DNA from: a virus
Virus record (IMG/VR): IMGVR_UViG_3300026097_001139
Coordinates: 1 to 64,000 of that record
Length of the DNA stretch: 64,000 nucleotides
Strand: one strand, 5' to 3'
This document shows, piece after piece, positions 20,484 to 29,361 of this stretch. Position 1 is the stretch's first letter, and every line of letters starts with the position of its first letter. The notes beneath the pieces are model-generated. The model was not told where the DNA came from. It did not search any database and saw only the letters and a list, made by a program, of their open reading frames with translations. Position numbers and translations under genes: made by a program.

Positions 20484-23481
20484 GTTTGATATTTTTTACC
20501 TAGGAAATCGTGCACCCAAAGGTGTACATGCTGTTCGTGCTAGAGATATAGATCATGCGTGTGAAATGTCTCGTACTCGATATTATTGGATTGTTGATTA
20601 CTTATCTGATTACAGAGAGTGGGATTTTCTTTGGGAACCAGCACCATGGGAATCACATCAGCGTCATGCTTGGCCTAACCAGCATCAACTAGATGGTGGC
20701 ACATATCTGGTGCCAAAAGCAGGCTTCGCAGAAACCAATTGGCATGAATCGCCCGGTGTGCACAAATACAGCGACCCTGATCTATGGTACATACCAGACT
20801 ACATAGACCCAGCAAGTATTGATTTACAGTGGAGTCCAGATCCAATGGATCCACCTTACATATACGAGTTTCCTGTAGAATGGGGATGGAACAGAATAGG
20901 TGGACCAGAATATAGAATGCCTAATGCTGTGGGTAGAAAATTTGTCAGTGATTTTGTTGCAACAACTCAACATGATAGATCACTGTTTGATATACAGGAT
21001 AATCTAGCTGATGACGATCCACTATTCCGCTGGCGCCCAAATCCAACAGAACCTCCTTACGTGTATGTGTTCGGCAATCAATGGTGGCCGGCTACGCAAA
21101 GAACCAGTGTTACGTATACAGTAGAAGGTGCAACAGAAAAGAAATATGTTGCAGATATTTCCGCCACTCGTATTGCGGACACCGCGCACTATCGTACGCT
21201 GGAAAACTGCAAGTTTGACTACAGTTGGGAGCCAGATCCAGCGGATCCACCTTATGTGTATGTGTTCGGCAATCAATGGTATTCTGGCGAAATCATGCCC
21301 ACTGTGGAGTACAATGTACCTGGTGCCACTGAACGCAAATTCCTGGAATATCCGCAGGCAACACTGTTTGCTACACAAGAAAATTGGTACGTGCCTGATC
21401 ATGAACGTGACTTTGACTTTGACCGCAGTTGGTGCCCAGATCCTGGAGATCCGCCTTACATGTATGTGTTTGGCAATCAGTGGCACAACGCTGAAATAAT
21501 GAGTACCATTGAATATCATGTGCCCGGTGCAACAGAGCGCAAGTTTATGGAAGAGCCTGTTGCTACACTACTTGCTGACCAAGACGGTTGGACAGTGCCC
21601 GAAGAGGTTGATGCAGATGCAGTAGACTTTAGTTGGATACCAGATCCCGGGGATCCTCCTTACATTTATCACTTTGGCACTGAGTATCAAAGCAGTGTAA
21701 ATTTAACCTACACTGTAGAAGGTGCTACGGAAATTAAATTTGCAGGTGACATACCCAAGCGCAAGCCTGATACAAGAGCAGTTAAAACCCTTGATATTTT
21801 TTATATGGATCGTTCTAATGCAGTATCTCGCAGTCGCTTTGAACAGTTACAAGAACGCTACCCTGGCATACAGAAAGCACGATATTTTGGCAGTGTGTTT
21901 GACACTGTAAAGAGATGCGCTGGTAAATCTAAAACCCAGCGTTTTTGGGTAATCGGTAGCGAAAATGACTATTCAGAATTTGACTTTGATTGGCATCCAG
22001 AACCTTGGCAACGGCACATGACTCATGTGTTTGGAAGTCAGTGGAATAAATGGAGCGATACATTCTTAATCAATCGTTGGGAGTTTGACAGACACAGTCG
22101 TTGGGCAAAAAGCATTGAAGAATTTCCAAACTTGAACTTTGTGGAAAATCAAACAGTGCAAGCACCAGCGGACGCTTACAGCATTTACTTAATTGATCAC
22201 GGCAATCCAGAGAGCTTGCAAACATTTGAATACCTTGAACAGAACTACAGAGTGGTTAAACAGGCTAGATATTTTGACAACTATTTAGACACACTAAAAC
22301 GACTTGTTGCTGACGTAGAAGAAGAATACATTTGGGTTGCCAGCTCTGTATGTGACTATAGCCAGTTTGATTTCAGTTGGCAACCCGAAGCATGGCAACG
22401 TGAAATGCTTCATGTGTTTCCTAGTAACGAACAAAAGTTTGGTGATACGTTTTTCTTGCATGTGCCAAGTTTTAAGCGTGGCTGTGATGTTGAGTTATTG
22501 GATTGGTTTGAAACCGTGAACTATGTAGAAGTACAGCAAGCACCTCGATGGCCAATACCAGTGGTAAAACATAATGAATCTACACATGTTATGGCAGTAA
22601 AGAATCACACAGCGCAAGCGCCACTCTCACTGTTTACCAATGAATCTGCTCCAGTGAAATATCCTACGGTGAGTCTATGGCGCCGCGAAACCAAAACTGT
22701 TGTTCCGTTAGACCGCGGTGCCTCCAGTGTAATTGTGCCAAAAGAAGCACATGCCTTAGTTCGAACACAGATATATGACTACCCATACATAGACAAAACA
22801 CATAATACAAATGCAGTTGAGCCACTGGAGATAGTGTTTGTCAGCAACGGAGAAACCGTGGCACAGACGCATTTACAGCGTCTACGTGCGGCTCTGCCCG
22901 GCGATACACAGTTACACGTAGTAGAAGGTGTAAACGGACGACTAGAAGCATATAAACAAGCTGCTAATAGCGTAAAAACCGATTGGTTTATCCTAGTACC
23001 TGCTAAATTGGCGGTTTCTGACGAGTTTGACTGGTTTTGGCAACCAGACCGATTACAACAGCCAAAGCACTATATTTTCCATGCTTACAACCCTGTTACG
23101 GGCTTAGAGTATGGGCACATGGCTGCTGTTGCGTATAATCGTGAACTATTATTACAAAGTGCAGGAGATCAGCTGGATCTAGCCATGGAAAAAGCACACG
23201 AAGTAGTTCCAGTTCTAAGCGGCGTTGCAGAATACGGCGATGACATAACAGAGTGGCGCACAGCTTTTCGTGAAGTGCTAAAGTTGCGTGCAAGTTTGCC
23301 TGATATTGAAAATGAGTACAGACTTGGTGTTTGGAAGGAGTGCACTAGTAAGGTAACCCAAGAAGCAGTAGTTGCGGCAATGGAATACTATGACAGTGTT
23401 AATGGCAACGTAGACAAGCTACAAAATTCCTTTAGTTGGGATTGGGTAAACCGCCATTACGAAAAATTGAGTGCCAACTAA
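20482..23481 (+). CDS. 999-aa modular Trp/Pro-rich protein with four GT-A-like modules and five internal repeats
   Basis: Four DIF(Y/V)..W(V/I)..FDF.W.P modules plus five W.P.P.(D/E)PPY.Y.F repeats. Confidence 0.6.
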   Translation: MFDIFYLGNRAPKGVHAVRARDIDHACEMSRTRYYWIVDYLSDYREWDFLWEPAPWESHQRHAWPNQHQLDGGTYLVPKAGFAETNWHESPGVHKYSDPDLWYIPDYIDPASIDLQWSPDPMDPPYIYEFPVEWGWNRIGGPEYRMPNAVGRKFVSDFVATTQHDRSLFDIQDNLADDDPLFRWRPNPTEPPYVYVFGNQWWPATQRTSVTYTVEGATEKKYVADISATRIADTAHYRTLENCKFDYSWEPDPADPPYVYVFGNQWYSGEIMPTVEYNVPGATERKFLEYPQATLFATQENWYVPDHERDFDFDRSWCPDPGDPPYMYVFGNQWHNAEIMSTIEYHVPGATERKFMEEPVATLLADQDGWTVPEEVDADAVDFSWIPDPGDPPYIYHFGTEYQSSVNLTYTVEGATEIKFAGDIPKRKPDTRAVKTLDIFYMDRSNAVSRSRFEQLQERYPGIQKARYFGSVFDTVKRCAGKSKTQRFWVIGSENDYSEFDFDWHPEPWQRHMTHVFGSQWNKWSDTFLINRWEFDRHSRWAKSIEEFPNLNFVENQTVQAPADAYSIYLIDHGNPESLQTFEYLEQNYRVVKQARYFDNYLDTLKRLVADVEEEYIWVASSVCDYSQFDFSWQPEAWQREMLHVFPSNEQKFGDTFFLHVPSFKRGCDVELLDWFETVNYVEVQQAPRWPIPVVKHNESTHVMAVKNHTAQAPLSLFTNESAPVKYPTVSLWRRETKTVVPLDRGASSVIVPKEAHALVRTQIYDYPYIDKTHNTNAVEPLEIVFVSNGETVAQTHLQRLRAALPGDTQLHVVEGVNGRLEAYKQAANSVKTDWFILVPAKLAVSDEFDWFWQPDRLQQPKHYIFHAYNPVTGLEYGHMAAVAYNRELLLQSAGDQLDLAMEKAHEVVPVLSGVAEYGDDITEWRTAFREVLKLRASLPDIENEYRLGVWKECTSKVTQEAVVAAMEYYDSVNGNVDKLQNSFSWDWVNRHYEKLSAN
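20785..21780 (+). repeat. Five tandem ~67-aa coding repeats (W.PDP.DPPY.YVFGNQW..EY.VPGATE.KF)
   Basis: Visible in the protein and in near-identical DNA (gtgtatgtgttcggcaatcaatggt at ~21061 and ~21256); boundaries approximate. Confidence 0.85.
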
Positions 23482-24298
23482 TGTTATTTTGATATGCATT
23501 TATTTTTTTGCTCAAAAAAACTGTATCAGGTAGACACTTTGGGTTAATGCCAGGAAATTCAGACCCTGGATTGTAACCTGGATCGAGTACCACTTTTTTT
23601 ATGCTGTCTAGGATTTCTTGTTCGTGTTCAATAATACGTTGTTCTATTGAAGAAAAATCATAATCAAACACTTGTTTCAGCCATGTTAGTGATTGTAGCG
23701 GAAATGGATGCAAATCCATAAATTTTTCTTTGAAGATTTTTTTTAATTGTTTTTCTGACTCCTTAACACTGAACCCTATAACTTTGTTAATACTCGGTAA
23801 TAACCGACTATATGTATCTTTATACACTTTTAATAGAACTTCTCTTTCTGGCGGAGGATGACCTACGGGCATAGTAAGTTCGTTAAATGACGAATGGTGT
23901 ATCTGTGCTTCGGTATTGTCTAAATAGGCCATTGTTGTGGTAATTAGATTAAGTTGATTGATCATTTTGCCAATGAGATAATCAGAAATTTCGATTGTAG
24001 GATCTCGTTCCCACTTTAAACATGATTTGCCATTGTGATTGTGTAAGTTTTCGTGTCTGTTTGGCTCAGTCCAAACAACTATTACTAAATCATCTTTTGT
24101 AAATTTGTGCAATTTATTTGCAAGCACAACTTGATTAGCAATGTATTGATTTGCACATGCGCAACGGCCGTAGTTATATGTTTTTATATCAGTGGCAAAT
24201 TGAATAATTTCTGGCCACATAGACCACCAATAACTGGTGAGACTACACCCAAATGCAAATATTCGCTCCGGTTTTTTATTATACAGAGGAGTTGACAT
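23432..24298 (-). CDS. SGNH/GDSL-like protein
   Basis: FAFGCSLT, NYGRCACANQYI, late DLHP motif. Confidence 0.55.
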   Translation of the reverse strand: MSTPLYNKKPERIFAFGCSLTSYWWSMWPEIIQFATDIKTYNYGRCACANQYIANQVVLANKLHKFTKDDLVIVVWTEPNRHENLHNHNGKSCLKWERDPTIEISDYLIGKMINQLNLITTTMAYLDNTEAQIHHSSFNELTMPVGHPPPEREVLLKVYKDTYSRLLPSINKVIGFSVKESEKQLKKIFKEKFMDLHPFPLQSLTWLKQVFDYDFSSIEQRIIEHEQEILDSIKKVVLDPGYNPGSEFPGINPKCLPDTVFLSKKINAYQNNISWHSIFRNGGLPNPN

Positions 24299-24968
24299 AC
24301 TGTGAACTCAACGGAAAGATTTCTGCGATAACCTGTGCAACAGCTCGGGCAATTTCCATGTGTTCTTTTTGTGTACCATTTGCGGCCCGGAGTTCGATAT
24401 AGTGGATCCAGCTACGCAGTGTGCCATTCATGTACATGCGACTTTTAGTAAGTCCTTCGGGTAATACTGCACGAGCCTGTTCTTTTGCAATGTTATTTTC
24501 AATGGCCCAGCGATATGCTTTACGAGCTTCGATAATCACACGCTCTTGTGCCAGTGCCCATTCTGTAGCCAGCTCTGTGTCAAGTCTGTTGTCTTCGTCT
24601 AGCTCGATTGAATTTTGACGATTTGTTGTATCCTGTAGTCTGCATTCACGAATTTCGAACTCTAAATCCTTCACTGGATCTGCATAACGCTGTGAAAACT
24701 CTTGGAAGCTGAAACTGCGATGACGTAGGATTTGTCTAGCAATGTCTCGTGTGGTTTCGATCTCTAAGCAAGCAGATACCATTTCAAACGGCGACCAGTG
24801 TGCATGCTTTGCAAGGTAGTTGAGTAGGCGAGTAGAGGTCTCTGTATTAAATTGATTCGATGGATTAGATACTCTAGCCGCATACGCAATAAGATCTTGC
24901 ACATCTTCAATACCTTCGTGTTCAAAGTCAGAGCTTGGTTGACTGTAACTTACAAGTTTTACTTTCAT
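24279..24968 (-). CDS. thyX: FAD-dependent thymidylate synthase
   Basis: HWSPFE, RHRSFSFQEFSQRY, EQARAVLP, Q.EH. Confidence 0.96.
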   Translation of the reverse strand: MKVKLVSYSQPSSDFEHEGIEDVQDLIAYAARVSNPSNQFNTETSTRLLNYLAKHAHWSPFEMVSACLEIETTRDIARQILRHRSFSFQEFSQRYADPVKDLEFEIRECRLQDTTNRQNSIELDEDNRLDTELATEWALAQERVIIEARKAYRWAIENNIAKEQARAVLPEGLTKSRMYMNGTLRSWIHYIELRAANGTQKEHMEIARAVAQVIAEIFPLSSQYVNSSV

Positions 24969-25267
24969 AATTTTTCTAATAATTCGTCTGTTAAAGGTTG
25001 GACCATTTCAGCAACACGTTCAACATCAAGCGTGAACTTGATGCTGACAATTTCGCTGTCTAGTTCTATCATGGTTGTGTTTACATGATCTTCCACATCT
25101 TCGTAGCTTAACCCGTCAGTGATTAATTTTGTGACATTGATAGTTTTTTGTCGACGGCCTTCTAGCTTGAGTAGAATTTTAGCAATGCATTCAATGGGAA
25201 TAGTTGTGACTTCAATTTCTTGAATCAAGCTTTCCCATCGTTCAACAAAGTCATCACTGAGATACAT
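24965..25267 (-). CDS. Hypothetical protein
   Basis: ORF overlapping its neighbours in the operon. Confidence 0.7.
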   Translation of the reverse strand: MYLSDDFVERWESLIQEIEVTTIPIECIAKILLKLEGRRQKTINVTKLITDGLSYEDVEDHVNTTMIELDSEIVSIKFTLDVERVAEMVQPLTDELLEKL

Positions 25268-25895
25268 CGGCGGTCTTTTTCTTTCTAGTGGTAGTACGCT
25301 TTGGCTTCAATGCCTTAGCTTCGCTTTTCAATCGCTTGGCTTCCTCTAGTAGACCTTTTGCTTCTGCTTCCATTTTGGCAGCTTGACTTTCGAAATTTTC
25401 AGCTAATGCCGAGTCAGACAGTCCTTCGTTTTGCTTCATTGTGTTGTTTGCGGCTTCTACAATTTCTTGTGCTCTGCGCTGTGCACCGGGATCAACTAAG
25501 CCGCTGTTTTGATCAATTTCGGCTAGTTTTTGCACTGCTTCGCCGCCCTGTTCCAATTGATCTAGAATTGTGTTAAGCTCATCTAGTCTAACAGTGTTGT
25601 TTGGGCTAGGTGTCATGATCACTTGATTACTAGACACTTTCTTGATTTTACCTTCAACATGCAACACTTCCAGGATCGGACGGCCGTCCGGACTCATTGC
25701 TCGCTGAAGTGCTTCACCTAGATCAAGTGCTTGTTGCCCTGGCTCGCTTTCTACAGCTCGCATGAGTGCGTCCTGCATTTCTGTTTTAAGTGTTTCTGTG
25801 TAGCACACCAGTGCCATGTGATCTTCATTGGGCACTTTTCTAAACACCACAGCAACTTTGCGGTCACCGTGTTTTCCAATATGTTTTACAAACAT
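25254..25895 (-). CDS. Hypothetical protein with C-terminal coiled coil
   Basis: 213-aa ORF, AAGGAG SD. Confidence 0.75.
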   Translation of the reverse strand: MFVKHIGKHGDRKVAVVFRKVPNEDHMALVCYTETLKTEMQDALMRAVESEPGQQALDLGEALQRAMSPDGRPILEVLHVEGKIKKVSSNQVIMTPSPNNTVRLDELNTILDQLEQGGEAVQKLAEIDQNSGLVDPGAQRRAQEIVEAANNTMKQNEGLSDSALAENFESQAAKMEAEAKGLLEEAKRLKSEAKALKPKRTTTRKKKTADVSQ

Positions 25896-25898
25896 GTA

Positions 25899-26147
25899 TT
25901 ACTCCTTAGATGTTTTTTTAGCAGAACGTGTAACCGACTGTTCAGGTTCGGCTTGTTCTTGTGAAATTTCTGCCTGTGGATTTGACGCCAGCGATGACAA
26001 GAATAGGTTCAGTTTGTCATAGACAACGCCAACTGTGGACATTTCGTCTGGCTGGATAGCGCCGCGCTGACTCACTACTTCGATAATACTCTTGATTACT
26101 GCAAGGTCTTCGACTTTTAAATTGATTTCTGATTCAGTGTTTTCCAT
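25899..26147 (-). CDS. Hypothetical protein
   Basis: 82-aa ORF preceded by a TAAATA box. Confidence 0.7.
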   Translation of the reverse strand: MENTESEINLKVEDLAVIKSIIEVVSQRGAIQPDEMSTVGVVYDKLNLFLSSLASNPQAEISQEQAEPEQSVTRSAKKTSKE

Positions 26148-26187
26148 AGTACGTTATTTAACCGCCTGTATGCCCGTGTGATAATTT

Positions 26188-27447
26188 TTACTGTGATTCG
26201 TATTTGGCCCAAGTGCCAAAAGGAGGCTGTGGATCATCGTTGCTGTGAATAATCCAAACAGTATCGCAGTAGTTTGGATCTCCCCAGCTACCAAATGGAT
26301 ATCCGTCTGTGAACACCACCAGTTTTTTAGGTTCAATGTCTGCTTCCTTGAGATAGTTGAATATACACTCAAAACTAGTGCCACCCCATCCCTGACACTG
26401 ATACTCGGTGATGTCTGCGATGTTATCACTGTTGAAGTCTTGTGGATTGTAAACTTCTGTGTCAAAAGTAAACAAGTGAATTCTATAGTCAGTGAACGTA
26501 TCCATAATGCCTTGCACTTCGCTCAAGAAGTCACGGCCTTGTTCCTCAGAGATACTGCCGCTCATGTCAATTGCTACAGCAATATCAATAGCATCTGTGG
26601 TATCCATGCCTGGTAAAATAGCATCCATATGCCAACTGCGACGACTAACCTTTGAAAATGTGTAATCGTTCTTGATAATGCTTTGCAACTGCTGTTGTAA
26701 CAATTCACGCCAATTCATTTTAGGTTCAGTGAGATTCTGAATCATGCGTTGAACGTTGCCTGGAATTTCACCTGCCTTGGCAGTTTGAGCGGCACTGATC
26801 ATTGCTTCTTTGATTTCGTCTTTGATCTGTTGCCGTTCTTCTTCAGTGAGCTTAACAGGACCGGGCTTGTCGCCTTCCCCTTCTTCACCATTGCCAGCAC
26901 CTTCCATGATGTCTTCTAAGTGTTCATCTAACACTTTGTCTAACATTTTTTGTGCAGATGATTCGTCTGCATTTTCCAGCAAATCGTCGTATACTTGCTC
27001 AAAACTCCAATCTTCGTACTTGGCATCATACAAGCACTCTACAGTGGTAATAAATTCACCTACATTGTGTTTTTTAAGGTCACTGTTAACACAGTAGTCT
27101 TGTGCAATGTTGCTTAACATCCTGTCGCGGTCGCCTGTGCGAGCTAAGTGATCATATACTACATGTAGAACTTCGTGGCCGAATAAAAACTCGACTTCAC
27201 GCGGCTTAAGCATTTTGATAAATCTTGTATTGTAATAAAAGTGACGACCATCAGTAGCGGCAGTAGGGCACCATTCATCGGCATTTACCAGCTTGAGTCG
27301 GGTAGCAAGATTGCCAAAAAAGCTTGCACGGAGGAGCATGCCAATTCGTGCGCCTACAAGTATTTCTCGAACTTCTCTGTCCAGTGCTGGATCAGTAGGT
27401 CCGATGAGATCGGCAAATTTATTTTTGTCTTCTGCGGTTGTCGACAT
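26188..27447 (-). CDS. Metallopeptidase-like (HExxH) + VWA domain protein (DUF2201-like; MoxR partner)
   Basis: TAATDG, HEVLH, DMSGS MIDAS, GGTSF, FTDG. Confidence 0.88.
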   Translation of the reverse strand: MSTTAEDKNKFADLIGPTDPALDREVREILVGARIGMLLRASFFGNLATRLKLVNADEWCPTAATDGRHFYYNTRFIKMLKPREVEFLFGHEVLHVVYDHLARTGDRDRMLSNIAQDYCVNSDLKKHNVGEFITTVECLYDAKYEDWSFEQVYDDLLENADESSAQKMLDKVLDEHLEDIMEGAGNGEEGEGDKPGPVKLTEEERQQIKDEIKEAMISAAQTAKAGEIPGNVQRMIQNLTEPKMNWRELLQQQLQSIIKNDYTFSKVSRRSWHMDAILPGMDTTDAIDIAVAIDMSGSISEEQGRDFLSEVQGIMDTFTDYRIHLFTFDTEVYNPQDFNSDNIADITEYQCQGWGGTSFECIFNYLKEADIEPKKLVVFTDGYPFGSWGDPNYCDTVWIIHSNDDPQPPFGTWAKYESQ

Positions 27448-27473
27448 GCTTGCTCCTCACTTTCTATACATAT

Positions 27474-27502
27474 AGTATAGTTGATTGGCGTTTATTTGTC
27501 AA
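27474..27502 (-). promoter_or_regulatory. Sigma70-type (early) promoter
   Basis: TTGACA-N17-TATACT upstream of the GAGGAG SD. Confidence 0.85.
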
Positions 27503-27522
27503 GTTAAAACCTGATATAACCC

Positions 27523-27879
27523 TTATCCACATGCCAGTCTAAATAAACTTAATTCTCTATCACTGGCAATATAAATTCTCAAATCTCTGTAAGCATTGCT
27601 CCAGCTCCAGTGATTATTGACTGCCAGGGGCAGTGAGTTATCAAAATTTCCCGGACCTTGTGGTAGATTAAATTGATTACGCATAGAATAATGTGTTTTT
27701 ATTTCTTGCCATATTCGAATTTCGGCACTAAATCCGTAGGTATCAATAAACCATTGTTGAGCTTCTATAAAATGTAAAGGACCTTGATTTATTGTAATTC
27801 TAGCAGGAAAACTTATATGATATTTAAACCATTCAAAATAGTTAAACCTTTTATCAAGGCGTTGCACAGTGTATTTCAC
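27523..27879 (-). CDS. Hypothetical protein
   Basis: 118-aa ORF, AGGA SD, GTG start. Confidence 0.65.
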   Translation of the reverse strand: MKYTVQRLDKRFNYFEWFKYHISFPARITINQGPLHFIEAQQWFIDTYGFSAEIRIWQEIKTHYSMRNQFNLPQGPGNFDNSLPLAVNNHWSWSNAYRDLRIYIASDRELSLFRLACG

Positions 27880-27899
27880 GGTCTAGTCCTAAATATTGT

Positions 27900-28193
27900 T
27901 TAATATTTAAGCTGAAACAGTACCGCGTCATGTGCGCACTTAAAGACAAATCGTACTCGCCATTCCGGTGTTTGAGTGTAGTTGTTGTACACAGCTACAC
28001 TGTTCCACCACCAGCGTTTTCCTTTGGTACCAAACTCCTGGCGAATCTTCCATAAATTTTTTTTCAGTAGTTCGTCATTGTTGTTATAATAACGTTCAAC
28101 TGCTGGCAGTGTGCTGTCTTTCCACTCGTCTGGCGTTATAGTTAGTGATCTATTATTGTCCACTATTCCCATGGGAAATCGCCATCTTGCCAT
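27900..28193 (-). CDS. Hypothetical protein
   Basis: ORF; C-terminus F..AHDAVLFQLKY resembles that of 27523..27879; start uncertain. Confidence 0.6.
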   Translation of the reverse strand: MARWRFPMGIVDNNRSLTITPDEWKDSTLPAVERYYNNNDELLKKNLWKIRQEFGTKGKRWWWNSVAVYNNYTQTPEWRVRFVFKCAHDAVLFQLKY

Positions 28194-29290
28194 ACAGCAT
28201 ATTTGTAATATTCATTTACCGTTTGTATATCGTCTGTAGTTTCTATACACAATTCTTCGTTGGCAAAAAATAATTTCATGTTATTTTCTATTGCAAAATT
28301 GCATAAAAATTCCCTGCGATCTTGGTCTTCTGGCAGTGCAAAAATACTCAACATTATTATACCGTCAAATCTTTTAGTTATAAAGTTTTCAAGTCCCGGA
28401 AGCCAATCTATAAACAATGGTTCGTGAATTTGTTGTGGTAAAAAATCAACGCTTGCATCTGATAGATCAAACTTTCTTGAATATGAATCTATAAAAGCTC
28501 TTTGCATGCCGAAAGGAATGTGTTTGGTAAATGCAGTACTGCGATTCAAGTAAACCAATAAATTAGAATTTTTGTCAATTTGTTTGCGTTGAGAATAGTC
28601 CCCGGGCAATCTAAAATACCCGCCAGGTACTCTTTGGAATGTTTCGTGACCTCTTATTAAGAATCTTGCATCGAAACTAAAACGAGTCTTTTGTGTAGTG
28701 TTGTTAATAGATCCGTGAACCCTTTCTTGATCAAATAACAAAAATTCTCCCGGACTTAAACACTTGTTCTTTGATAATTTATAGCATTCTTCGTCGAATT
28801 TTTTTGCAGGCCACCGGTTTTCTATAAATTTTGATACTAGATCTCTACTAGGATCTAGATCTGCAATATAAAGTGAATTTGAATCGTACGCATCTGTAAG
28901 AGGTATCCAAGCAGTCATACTGCCTCGTCCACCGCCTACAAGTGCGTCGCAGTGGAAATTAACACGCTGTCCGTGTGCTTCTTGACCAGGAATGACTACC
29001 CTTAGATTAGGTTGCCGTTGTACTAGATAATCGGTATGTTCAATTAAAGGTGCTACGTTATCGGCAAAAAACTTATCCAGCATGCTCATGTATTTTGTGC
29101 ATTTACTGGTTTTATCTTGCACATATCTGGCTACTTGTGCAATCTCTTTTACTGACAAGACTTTGTGTATAGTACTTAGATCAGATACATTGGGCCACTT
29201 TTGTTGAATTGTGTCGAGTGTCCAAGTGGTAAAATCCAATTTTGCTGTATCATAAGACCCAACAAAGTCTTGCGGGATATTATAAATCAT
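28163..29290 (-). CDS. Fe(II)/2OG oxygenase (H-C-D..H) fused to a resolvase-like domain; paralog of 18171..19295
   Basis: FHCD..WIPLT..VHGSINN..TRFSFDAR; collinear with its paralog along the full length. Confidence 0.75.
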   Translation of the reverse strand: MIYNIPQDFVGSYDTAKLDFTTWTLDTIQQKWPNVSDLSTIHKVLSVKEIAQVARYVQDKTSKCTKYMSMLDKFFADNVAPLIEHTDYLVQRQPNLRVVIPGQEAHGQRVNFHCDALVGGGRGSMTAWIPLTDAYDSNSLYIADLDPSRDLVSKFIENRWPAKKFDEECYKLSKNKCLSPGEFLLFDQERVHGSINNTTQKTRFSFDARFLIRGHETFQRVPGGYFRLPGDYSQRKQIDKNSNLLVYLNRSTAFTKHIPFGMQRAFIDSYSRKFDLSDASVDFLPQQIHEPLFIDWLPGLENFITKRFDGIIMLSIFALPEDQDRREFLCNFAIENNMKLFFANEELCIETTDDIQTVNEYYKYAVWQDGDFPWE

Positions 29291-29299
29291 TGGAACTCC

Positions 29300-29355
29300 A
29301 AAAAAAACAGGGCTGGTCCAACATACGCCCTATGTTATTTACCGGACCAGCCCTG
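29300..29355 (-). terminator. Intrinsic terminator downstream of the MoxR gene with a large structured loop
   Basis: 12-bp perfect stem CAGGGCTGGTCC/GGACCAGCCCTG followed by T8 on the minus strand. Confidence 0.85.
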
Positions 29356-29361
29356 ACCTGG

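Noticed and set aside
20785-21780. Periodic DNA repeats as a possible CRISPR array or DGR template/variable repeat
   Set aside because: The period is ~200 nt, the repeats are in frame and degenerate, and no cas or reverse transcriptase gene is present in the window; they are coding repeats.
2015-23481. RiPP system with a Trp-rich precursor (for example WNKWS in the 999-aa protein)
   Set aside because: No leader-core precursor, RRE domain, peptidase or exporter was recognised, and the neighbours point to sugar chemistry; not fully excluded.
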